Positions 21,720 through 32,334 of a stretch of DNA of 64,000 nucleotides are shown here, piece by piece. Below the pieces are notes generated by a model that was given only the letters and a program-made list of their open reading frames with translations, was not told the DNA's origin and did no database searches. The stretch is from Epithemia pelagica (lineage: Eukaryota > Protista > Bacillariophyta), in the NCBI GenBank assembly GCA_946965045.2, contig OX337232.1:3720001-3784000 (forward strand), in the 5' to 3' direction. The translations under genes were made by a program, and so were the position numbers. The first letter of the stretch is position 1; each line of letters opens with the position of its first letter.

Positions 21720-22804
21720 CTAGGATGCGAATAATAGGATGCGAACTAACCGCTCCCTCGTTTCAGATCCCTCCTGGCTCCCAATTACTAGCTCTAGGTA
21801 CGACTCCATAGTCACACAAGAGATGGTCCGTTCCTCACGGTCGTTCGTGGACAAAGGTATGAAAATAAGAAATCGTAGGTGGAAATTTGGAGAGAGTAAA
21901 CCATGGTTTTGTGTCTTTTTGTGGTTCTTTTGGGAAGATCCGGCACAACATGGTTCCAGATGGATCAAACGTGATGATGATAATGATGATTCCACAGGAC
22001 GAGGACGGGAGAGAGACGACTGATGGATGTGCCGACCGACACGAATAATAACGTTCTCCAATGAGACCCCACACGCAACTCTCTCGGTTTTGGGGGGGAT
22101 TCCTCTACATTCGGGGTGACGCTCTCCCTCTATTAGGATTCGTACTATTATACTACTGGCAAATCTGAGATTTTGGGACCAGAGTGTGACTGGTCGGGTG
22201 GCAGTAGCCAACAAAAGGGGGCAAGGGACAGAGACATGGTACCATACGGACGCTTGTCCCATGAAGGCGTCGAGAATGTCGAGCAGCCGTTTCCGTTGCG
22301 GACCATTCCAAGCATGTCTGGAAAAGCCCAATGGTGGCTTGGAACTGGGGTCGTCGTCTCTCCCTTGGACCACAACCCCAAAATGGCAAGAGAGGATGAT
22401 ATACCGTTCCTTGTTCATTCCCAGGGCGGTGCTTTGGTATCTTGGGGTGGTGGTGGTGGTGGTGGAGGTTTGGGATGCTGTTGCGGTTGTGCGACTTGTG
22501 TGTGGGGCTGATGGGATGGTGGTGATTGTTGTTGTTGTGATTGGGGCTGGGATGGCAATGTCGCATCTTGGGAAGGAGCCAACGCGGATGGACGGGCCGT
22601 AGGGATGGTTCCCATGCTTCGCCACAACAAGGAAGACGACGAAGATGCATTGGTGGTGGTAGATGCCTGTGGTTTTGGGAACCGAGGGTTGCCTGTAGAG
22701 TGTGGTGTTTGTGCGTGTGGTGGTGCTTGTGCTTGTCTCATGGATGGTATCCACGACGAGAAGGAGGCCAGGTTGCGGACATTGACGGATGGAATGTTGG
22801 GTGA
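21720..22804 (-). pseudogene. 3' remnant of the HSF-domain gene (copy A), 5'-truncated by the copia LTR
   Basis: Near-identical to about 41800-42796. Homology stops exactly at the LTR start (GGTGA|TGCTAG here versus GGTGA|CGATG at 42796). Confidence 0.8.
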
Positions 22805-23085
22805 TGCTAGAACACTTCAAGACTGGCCTATTAGGTTTTGCTTTTCCCAAACTTATGACTTCATTACTAATATTTTGTTTTCGTTATCCTAATCGTATTC
22901 TTTGTTTGTTTGTATCCCCGTGGGAGTAAGACCTATTTCGACTCCCATTCATCTGACCTGATCCCGTACACAGTTTTCCCAGTAGTCGAATCCCAAGGCG
23001 CTAATCCCGACCGTTATAGAGGCCACAGCGCTAATCCCGACCGTTATAAGGGCGACCATCAGTCAGGCCACAATAGGTTCCAACA
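22805..23085 (-). repeat. Copia 3' LTR
   Basis: Plus-strand TGCTAGAAC...GGTTCCAACA, matching 29645-29927 apart from a few substitutions and a 2-bp indel. The minus-strand PPT ACAAGGGGAGGG lies at 23086-23097. Confidence 0.93.
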
Positions 23086-23105
23086 CCCTCCCCTTGTGGT
23101 TGACT

Positions 23106-24786
23106 TCAATCGGCCACATAGACCAACCCATGACGAAGAAAGGTGGGACCATCAAGATTCTTGGTAAAGAAGTCCGAAGAATTATCGTCAGTGCTGATCC
23201 AGCTGCATTTGAGAGTTCCTTCTTCCTTGAGTTCTCGAAGGAAGAACATTCGGACGTCAATGTGACGTGCTCGACCACCAACTGCCCACGAATTGATGAT
23301 ATCTTTCCCCCCGTTGTTGTCCATTTCAAGTATAGTGGAGGGGTATCCTATGCTACCATCTGCCGTCTTGAAATTGACAAGTTCCGTACAACGGCAGGAC
23401 TTAAAATGTACTACGTGAACAAGGCTGGGACGAAAGTTGCACAAGATCCTTTGCTCTCTTGGTGGAAAGGAAAGGCAAGTGAGTTTCCCAATATTTGGTG
23501 ACTTGCTCTTAAGTCTCTTGCCATGCCGGCAACAGCAGCCTCCTCTGAACGGGCATTCAGTATTGCTGGTCTGATAATCACGCCAAAACAATCATACTTT
23601 GATCCTTCAACAGTTTCTGATCTCCATTTTTTGCGTGAGAACTGGGGAAGTATCTTCTAACAGAGTTTCCATTGCATATCAGTTACATAATAAGAGTAGT
23701 TACCATTTCACTAGAGGTATTGCGATGAGTCTATTGCCATAGTTTCCCGTGTTAGCCCTGTTCGCTGCCGCTTGAGCGCTTGAGCGCTTGAATTTGGTCC
23801 TAGCTCAAGCGCTCAAGCGCTTGAGTTCTCCTGCAGAAAAAAGCTGTTGCTTGACCCAGCTCTAGTAGTTTCACCTTAAGCCCCATGCTGAGAATAATTT
23901 GCCGAGCGAACAACATCGTCTGCACACAGTCCACAGCAGCCACCAATTCGGCTTCCGTAGCGCTCAGGGTTACGATGCTCTGAGTCTTGCTTTTCGTTTG
24001 AATAGGTGCACCGTTGAGAAACACCGAAATTCCACTAACACTCTTGCGATCGTGCTGTTTCGGGTAGTCACTGTCTGAACGGCCGCTGATCTCAAACTCG
24101 TAATCGGCTGTTCCATCCCACTGTCCTTCAGGTTTGAGCAAAAGACCGCGCTGTTCGGTTGAGACGCAGTATTCCACCAAGCGTTGCATTGCCCTGTCAT
24201 GCGCAAGAGAAGGTTCCTGCATGAGCCGACTCAAATCCCGACAGTTTCCCAATCCCGGACCGAACTCGAAATGTGCCCTTAGCATCCAAACACGAACTCT
24301 CATCTCCAGGTTGTAGTGTACTGTGCGGTACAGCAGGTGTTTTCGATGTACCCTCCCCCACTCCAAATTTGTCCCCAAAACTGCGAAGAAGAACTGGTTG
24401 GGTAATTTTGACTGTTCGTTGTTCAGTACAAAATTCAATCTTGCTCCCCAAATATTCATCCAACGGTCCAATATCATCAACATCAACCTTTCCCTTGAAG
24501 ATTTCACAGAAATGCATAACTCCGTCTTTATTCCCCATCAGAATCATATCGTCAATGTAGGAAAGAAACAAAATAAGCCCAAATTGCGTCCAAGCAAAAT
24601 ACAAACAAGCGTCGGCTTTGCTTCGATCAAAGCCCATACTCTGCATCAACTTCAGCAGAAATTCCCAAAACATCTTAGCGGCTTGCTTGTATCCATAGAG
24701 CGTCTTCAACAGAAGCAACAACCAACCGTAGGGATAGAATTTTTCAAAACCTCTTGGGACTTCCATTGCCACTTTGTGTTGCGTGC
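23106..24786 (-). pseudogene. Copia RT(3')-RNase H, frameshifted and split by a hAT fragment
   Basis: MEVPRGF, LYGYKQAA, YIDDM; a deletion/frameshift after GIGKL; SDSDY...RKSVSG...TEAELVA; resumes as TILEMDN...RHIDVRMFFLRE...NSSDFFTK after the 23339-23864 insert. Confidence 0.88.
23339..23864 (+). mobile_element. One-ended hAT fragment (hATC-coding 3' end plus right TIR) inserted in the copia RNase H
   Basis: DPLLSWWKGKASEFPNIW*LALKSLAMPATAASSERAFSIAG...TVSDLHFLRENW. The terminus reverse complement is TAGAGCTGGGTCAA. Subterminal direct and inverted AGCGCTTG repeats at about 23768-23826. Confidence 0.85.
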
Positions 24787-26152
24787 GAAACCCTGGGTAT
24801 CAGTGTCCACTGCTTAGCTGTTTTTTGTCTGTGCCATCATTTTAGGTTCCCAGGTGGACACAGACATCATTTTTTGCTTTTGAGACAAATCGAAATGATC
24901 AAATGGCAAATTGGCACGCATACCCAGCTGGAGTTTTCACAGTTTGAAACAGACGCATGCCCATCAAGCGGCCGTGCGTGGATAGCTGCTGGTTGCTCCA
25001 TAATTCATAATGACAAGCACACAATTCTTTTCTCTTGTTGCCGAAGCACATCGTACGAATGGCATTCCAGGTGAGTGTGATCCGTTGCCAATTGCCATGA
25101 CAATAACATAGCTCATGCTCACTGATCACTGACACTTGTCACTTTTGTTTGCTCTGCTCATGGGAAGAGAGGCGATCATCTGTTGTGTCTCTGGGTAGCT
25201 CATTACGTGCCATTCTACATGTCGAAATGACGGATTTTTGATAACTTTCATTCGATTCATAAACAGACTGCAGACATTGTTTTCTTTATATACTAGGACT
25301 AGAAATAGAACTCAAGTGCTATTCATTCGTAGAGTTCAGTGCATTCTGAATTCGTTGCAGATCTCTTTTCTGTTTTGAGCATGGCAATGACTCTCAGTTT
25401 CACCATGAACACAAGCAGCTCTCACACGCTACAGCTACAACTTTTGACTCTATGAACTGATAGACATGGAAAGTAGGGTGTGGCAAGAGCAAGAGGGCTT
25501 CCCATCTATTTGAAGCAAAAACAACAAAGTGTTCGGTCATTGAGAAATGAGATGATGCTACGACCTATGACGATAGTGAATCATCTATCCTACAGAAGAC
25601 ATGAAAGCAACCAACCAACAATCAAACAACAAAACAATTACTCCTACATCAACAAATGAGACGGGTAAGATACTCCAGTTGACATCAAGCGGCTTGTTCC
25701 TAGTCTACTTGTTCAACAAGAGACAAGCCAAAGGATCATGCATGAACAAGAGAAAAGATTGCAGCAGTGATGAGTGAGAAGAAAGAAAAAGAAACAAGAA
25801 GATTAGAAATAAGCCACAGTAGTGAGAAGTGAGAAGCAGTTCAGGTTCAGCCCAGCATGTTGCATCCATTGTTCTCACCTCACGTCATGGTCAAGCATTT
25901 GGCTCGGTTTTTGATGTTTTGTGACAGACGAGGACGGGAGGGTTGCCCAAAAAATTTGAATCGTGGTGACCAGAGGACAACCACCAACCGTCAACTGTCA
26001 CATGCACGCTGGCCTTGCTCCAACCCTGAGGAATTTTATTGGGTAGACAGACAGACAAAAAACATAAAATGCTGGCTGTGTCCACTTGGGAACCTGTGAA
26101 GGTGGCACAGACAAACAACAGCTAAGCAGTGGACACTGATACCGAGGGTTTC
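24787..26152. mobile_element. Non-autonomous TIR element (MITE-like, about 1.37 kb) nested in the copia RT
   Basis: Imperfect inverted repeats of about 77 bp (GAAACCCT(G/C)GGTATCAGTGTCCACTGCTTAGCTG...) at 24787-24863 and 26076-26152 interrupt the RT right after MDVKGAFL. The interior is AT-rich and CpG-poor with no long ORF. Confidence 0.85.
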
Positions 26153-29100
26153 AGGAAAGCCCCTTTCACGTCCATTAAATGGGCGTACCACCCAGCCAAA
26201 ATCATCATAACAAAGGCAATTTTCACGGTGAGTTCGTTGACCGCCGGTGCGAATAAATCATCACAATCGTACGACACTCCTTCGCGTTGTTTGAAACCCC
26301 GAGCTGCAAAACGAGCACGATACTTTCCACTGGCCTTTTTCTTCATAGACCAGGTCGAATCGATGATGTCGAAATTGGGAGGCAAATCTTCTTTCCGAAT
26401 GGGCACCCATACGCCACAATCAATCATGCGTTGGTGTTCTTCATCAACTGACTTGACCCATGCGTCCTTGTCAGCTTGCGCCATTGCCTCATCAAAGGTC
26501 ATCACCTTGAGCTCTTTTGTATTCGTGATGCCTTGCCCCAATCCGGCACCCACCATGGCCAATTCTTCATCCAGGAAGCTGTCGGCATCAGAGTCCAATG
26601 CTTGAAGGGCATGGTAGTAATTCTGTTCTGCTTTGGACAGCACGGCTTGTCCAATTTCAGCAATCAACCGTTGTGGTGCTCGTACGGTACGACCTGTTCG
26701 CGTCGTCGTTGTTTCAACGGGCTCCAGAATCACAATATTCCGCACTGGAGCCGTGGATTCGTCATTGCCTGTGCTCATGTTCACCTCAGGCATCGGATCA
26801 TCCGGTTCATCTTCATTGTTGGGGTTGTTGTCGTCCACATCGCCATCGTTTCCGCCATGGTCGTCTTGGCCATCGTTTTCGCGACCACTTCCGCGACCCT
26901 CCTCATGATTCGATGCAGCCCTGGCATCCACGACTGGATTGGTTTGTAGTTCCTTGGCATTATGAGGTTTCTTGTAGTAAAGTCGCTTTAGCCAAGTCAC
27001 GTCACATGATTCCCGAACACGACCCGTTTTAGGATCAAACATCCGATAACAGTCGCCCGGATGATTGCGTGCATACCCAACGAAGAAACAATGTACTCCT
27101 TTGTCCATTAATTTCGGGGAAGTTTTAGTCTTGATCTTGACCGTTCCGGCTTCCCCCCATACTCGCAGGTATTTCGCAAACGTTGGCACTTTCCCCCAAA
27201 TGTGTTCGTATCGAGTCGCAGATCTTCCCCCATGATCCACAACAACCAAGCCGTCCAAAAGCGTTGCCGTCATGCAAGCCTTGTGCCACAACTTGAAGCG
27301 GATTTCGATGGGGATATTAGCACGGTGCATCATTGCACGTGCTCGATTCATCACGGTAGCAAATCCCACCTCAGCGACAGAGTTTTGCTGGGGTGTATCA
27401 CGGGCAGTGAGCTCAAAATGGATTCCAAGCTGCCACTTTTCATTTTGACACCGTTTCTGCAAGGCCTTGTTCTCGCCTGCATTGTCCAATCAAAGGTGAG
27501 TGATGGACACACCATGTTGTTTCATCAATGCCATTTTCTCACATGTGTCCTCTGGCATCTCATCTTTGGCATCATAGAACTCGGAAAGCATTAGCTGGAC
27601 TTTCGGATGGACCACCAAGATTCTCCACTGCGGCTTCGACGGAATTGGCATGTCTTGCTTCTTCTTGATCGAGGCCATGTCAAGGTAAGCACGAAGTTGT
27701 TTCTCGTCATCATGTTCCCTGTCATCTTCTCCGTTCTCATTTTGCGGCAAGTTCTTCTGTTTTGCCTTTCCAGCTGCACAAGCTACACATTTTGGCATCG
27801 TTGTCTTGGTGAGTTTCCATCCAAGTTTCTTGGCTGTTTTGATTACTGCTTTCTCTCCGATGTGACCCAGTTTCTCATGAGCCTGTTCCATTGTCATCTT
27901 GATTTGTTCCTCACTTGTCGCTGCGTTTCCCAACTTGGTCCTTTCAAAAAACGCGGCAAAAATCACTCCCTTGGGCGTTTGGATCTTGATATCGAAGATG
28001 ATTTCCTGCCAATTCTTGGTAAGTCGGATTGACTGTTTGTCTCCTTCGAGTTTCCAGCCACTCATTTGCATTTTCGTGATGCTGAACAGGTTGAATCCAC
28101 CGCTTGGAACCACGCTTACGTTTTGCATCTTCACACGGTTGAGCGTGTTCCCATTCTTGTCGTGCAACACTCCAGGTAAGTTGCCAACTTCCACGACCTT
28201 TTCTGTTTTGTTGTTGCCCATGGTGATCCCTTTCTCATTATGTTGTTTCTTGACATCAACCATTCCGACGCGAAACGGAGTCATATGCGTCGTCGCTCCT
28301 GTGTCTGCGATCCAAACATTCGGATCTGTAAGGAGACTTTGGATGGCTGGAAATTCCATTTCCTTAGCCATACCGGCACAACAAATCTCCCTGTCCACTT
28401 CATCTTCTTCGTCATCTGATACAACAACCAACGAGTCATCGATGCTTTCGTCGTCTTCTTCACCCAACAAACTGATCCAATCGCGGTCTTCATCTTCGCC
28501 CTCTGTCTCTTCGTCGTCGGTGTCACTCACGATCTCATGATCGAGCACCGAATCAGGAAGTTCTTCGTATTCGTTGTGTTCGTCCTCGTCATCGGTATCC
28601 AACCATACCATGTTCCGAGGGATCAATGGAGGTAAGTCGACCGCACAAGTGATGATTTCAACGCTGCCTTCGCCATCCGTCTCACCACTGTCCTTTGCCA
28701 CTTTGCCATGCTCCTCGACCTTGTACCATTCGGGCCTCTTGTCTTTGTTTTCGGGTTTTATCCAGCAGTCTTCAGCCTTGTGCCCGACCTTTCCGCAATG
28801 ATGGCACTTGCCCTTGAATTTGTAAGTCTTCTTACCGCCACCTTTCCCACTTTTCTTGCTTGACTTTGACTTTCCTGACGTTGAACCTTGTTTGTCTCCA
28901 GCTGCGAGACCAATTTCGTTGTCTTCGTCTCCGTCATCTTGGAGGAAATTCTTGGTGCGCTGACCATAAAGTGCACGCCAGTGCAACCGCATAACGTCTT
29001 CGATATGGTCCGACGTCAATGCTGTACCCTGCTGGCGTTGTTCCGATACAATAATCGCCTGGTATTCTCGCGGAGCTGCTTCAATTGCAATCGCAATTTT

Positions 29101-29610
29101 CTCCTCATCATCAATCGACACGTTGAACATATTTTCAATCTGCCCAATTTGGCTGAACAGAGTAGTCGGATCTTCTTTCTTGGTCATTGCCACTTTACCC
29201 AACAACCTTCGCATCTCAATCTTCGATACAGTGTCTGTCGGCTTGAATCTCTTGTGCAATGCAGCAATCACCTTCCAGGCCAAACCATCGGGCCATTCAT
29301 CCGTCTGAGCTTCGGTCAACATTCGGATCATCTGAGGGCTTGTCATCGCAAGGTTCAAGGCGCGAAAGGCTGCCGCATTCTTCTTCTTAGCCAAAGCTTG
29401 TTTTCCTGCCACTGTTGTATCGGTATCTGGAGTTGAATTGTCCCGCAAAGGCAAGTCAGTGTCAGGCCCATCTTTGCTGATCGCCGACTTAAATCCATGC
29501 GCCACTGCATATGAACGAAAGTTCATAAACCATACTTGGAAATTTTCATGCTTTCCATCAAACGTCTGCAAACGTAGGTGCTTCAGTGATAAGTCGTCTA
29601 CCGTAGCCAT
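26153..29610 (-). pseudogene. Copia gag-protease-integrase-RT(5') polyprotein with one in-frame TGA at 27490-27492
   Basis: Zinc knuckle CHHCGKVGHKAEDC; protease WIADTGATTHM; HEKLGH...CVAC; HL*LDNAGEN; PQQNSVAE; RT motifs YRARFAARGFKQ and MDVKGAFL. Confidence 0.92.
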
Positions 29611-29644
29611 TGTTGTCTCGAGCGATATCCTTCGCTTTGAAGCG

Positions 29645-29927
29645 TGCTAGAACACTTCAAGACTGGCCTTTTAGGTTTTGCTTTTCCCAAACTTATGACT
29701 TCATTACTAATATTTTGTTTTCGTTATCCTAATCGTATTCTTTGTTTGTTTGTATCCCCGTGGGAGTAAGACCTATTTCGACTCCCATTCATCTGACATG
29801 ATCCCGTACATAGTTTTCCCAGTAGTCGAATCCCAAGGCGCTATAATCCCGACCGTTATAGAGGCCACAGCGCTAATCCCGACCGCTATAAGGGCGACCA
29901 TCAGTCAGGCCACAATAGGTTCCAACA
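29645..29927 (-). repeat. Copia 5' LTR
   Basis: Direct repeat of 22805-23085; the gag ATG lies 35 nt downstream, at 29610. Confidence 0.93.
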
Positions 29928-31215
29928 TGTTTTTCTTTTCGGCTGGCATGTACGACAGTTACGACTCGTCGTCCCACAACAACAACAGCAACCACAAGTT
30001 TGGAACCCACCACAAGCCGAATCTTCTTTTTGGACCAGCAAGGAACGAGACGAACTTGATTCCAATTGGAACCAAAAAGACTTGTTGTTCACTCCCGAGA
30101 CCACCACCAGCAGCTCTCCTCCTCCTGCCGCTAGTTGGAGTCCACCGCAGTCCATTGCATCGATTCACTCTCCACCCCGTAGTACTACGACAAACACGAC
30201 CATTCATGGTATCCCCAAAATCATTTGGATGTATTGGGATCAAGGACTGGACCATTTACAAAAAATTGCTGGTGGTCCCCAGCAGTCATCGAGACCCAAC
30301 AATAACAAGCATCAGGCCGACTATGCGTGTGTCCAGGCCTGGCAACTCTTGCATCCCACGTGGGACATTCGCATTCTCAATCGCACTCAAGCCAAGAAAC
30401 TGGCTCCCAAGTTTGCCCGGTTGCAAAGCATTCGAAAACCACAAAGCAATAACCGTATGGAGAATGGTCGACTTGCTATCGAGCACAAGCACCGCATTTG
30501 CCCCGTCAAATTGTGCAACCTGCTGCGCACTGAACTCTTGGCCTTGTATGGTAAAGTGCACGCCGACACTTCAATTTGTCCCATGCGGCCCTTGGAAGAG
30601 TACCTTGGCAAATTGGTGGGGGACGGAGGCTTTTATCTTCCACCGCACTTTGACCTGGCCGGGAACATGAGTCGTTCGCAATTGATGCAACACCACTACG
30701 AAACGTGTCCTGTATGGGGTCCCTCGGTCCAGGCGAACCGACAATTGGCGGATCGGGCTCGCATGATGGACAATTTTTTCCTCGTGGCTCGACCACGACA
30801 TTATATCATCCAACAATGGATGGAAGCCTACTACAAGCGACTCCGAGACACGTTGCGAACCACTCCCGACAATACCAATGTCTGCCACACGTTGCCGTAT
30901 TACATTCATCAATGCACCTTTACCCTCCAAGTGTTGCACGATCCTCAGTTTGAACGAGCCTGGACGGCGTATCGGAACCGGATCCGACCCCACCATGGAT
31001 ATTGGCAACATGAAGATACAGAAGGAATTTGTTATGGGGGCAACAAGAATGGAACGGTGGCCCACAATGTCACCCATGTCTGGAAGAATTGTGTGTGGGT
31101 CAAGAAACAAAAGGGTCGCTTGTTGGACTATGTCGTATCTCCCGCCTATCACCACGACATTGCCACCCGGGTCCACCAACAACAACAACGACAAGGAGGA
31201 CCTCATTTCCAATGA
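29928..31215 (+). pseudogene. GT32-type glycosyltransferase paralog 4 (duplicate or allele of paralog 3), 5'-truncated by the copia LTR
   Basis: The frame VFLFGWHVRQLRLVV... is continuous into the 30082-31215 ORF, but the start and most of the TM segment are replaced by the LTR. GGVYTD is changed to GKVHAD. Confidence 0.8.
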
Positions 31216-32334
31216 TCCTCTGTTCCAGCAGAAACACACAAGGTGGTGGTGGTGGTGACAAACGCAGCGTGAAATGCCCTTTTACTATATAGCCATCCAT
31301 GTACCTTCCTTACACGTCAGGTATTGCAAACTGCCGACGTTGGCGCGCAAGGTTGGACGGACTGTTGCCATTGGCACGGTGGTCCCAACAATAAACGGAT
31401 TGTGGGGTCCAAACTGCCAAACGGTCGGAACCTTGTGTTTGCGGGGTGACACACACGGCACACATAATGCCCAATCTCTCCACCTGGCCCGCAACAAGTG
31501 TGTGTGTGTGGGTCCAGAACAAACGGGTCCGTTTTGTTGGAGTAGAGTAGATCCAATCTCCCGCCAATCTCCAGGACCTTGCCACACAAATGGAAAACAC
31601 AAGAACGAGGAGGATCCGTGGCGTGATGACGATGCTGGTGTGTGTCGGGCGTCGCGCTCGTTTTCGATTGGCATGTCGGTATCGACATGGAGAGTGGAGA
31701 TGGAAACCGCACTGTGGTCCAAAGGGACTACCCATAGCAGGTTCTAGTAGAGACCGTTCACGTACAGCTATTATATCTCTTGCAAAAGAGAGTGAATGGT
31801 CCAACAAATTATACCTTGGGCTGGTCCAATTCCATCCAAAAGTTTGGGAACAGGAGCACAACACTCTGCTGTGACATACACATCACTTGAGGCATGAGAT
31901 GTATAGGATGGACGAGTCATGTTAGCACAAAATTGTCCTCATCGTCGTCCGCTGGATCATGAATGCTCACGAAAAAGATATAAGATAGTCAAGAGAACGC
32001 AATGGTTCAGATTAGGACATGCAACATGCTCCCGGCAATCCGCCAATCCCCTAGCAATATAGCCGGTGAACTCCATTCCTCCACACCACCGTTTCTTCCT
32101 CCTCCCAACCGCTTCTAGTCGTACTTCTACGTAGAAGCGTGGCACGACTTTTGTGTTTCTCTCATCTACCTAGGATTTTAACACTGTATGAAGCGCCAAT
32201 CAAACGCCACCGTGTTCCGCCTCAACCTGATGGAACACTGTCGTACCGAAACCTTACCCCAAGCTTTCCTGTATGCCGAATGAGGCTGTCCTGTTGGCTT
32301 CTCCCCAAACTGAGTGCATTGGTCGGAATCATTA

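Larger units (their letters stand above)
22805..29927 (-). mobile_element. Ty1/copia (CoDi-like) LTR retrotransposon, decayed, with two nested insertions and no TSD
   Basis: Paired LTRs of about 281 bp (TG...CA), a PPT adjacent to the 3' LTR, and gag-PR-IN-RT-RH domain order. The flanks GGTGA and TGTTT do not match. Confidence 0.95.

Noticed and set aside
23094-23591. Two overlapping opposite-strand ORFs suggesting a novel gene
   Set aside because: Each is a chimera across the junction of copia RNase H (minus strand) and the inserted hAT fragment (plus strand).
27490-27492. Programmed stop read-through or selenocysteine at in-frame TGAs (copia, HSF, hAT fragment)
   Set aside because: The positions align with Arg rather than Cys in the consensus, the copia stop falls within integrase rather than at the gag-pol boundary, and no SECIS evidence was seen. 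Simple C>T mutation is more parsimonious.
29750-30670. 306-aa ORF starting in the LTR (and the 22910-23167 counterpart)
   Set aside because: It begins in LTR sequence and runs out-of-frame through the GT gene; there are no protein motifs.
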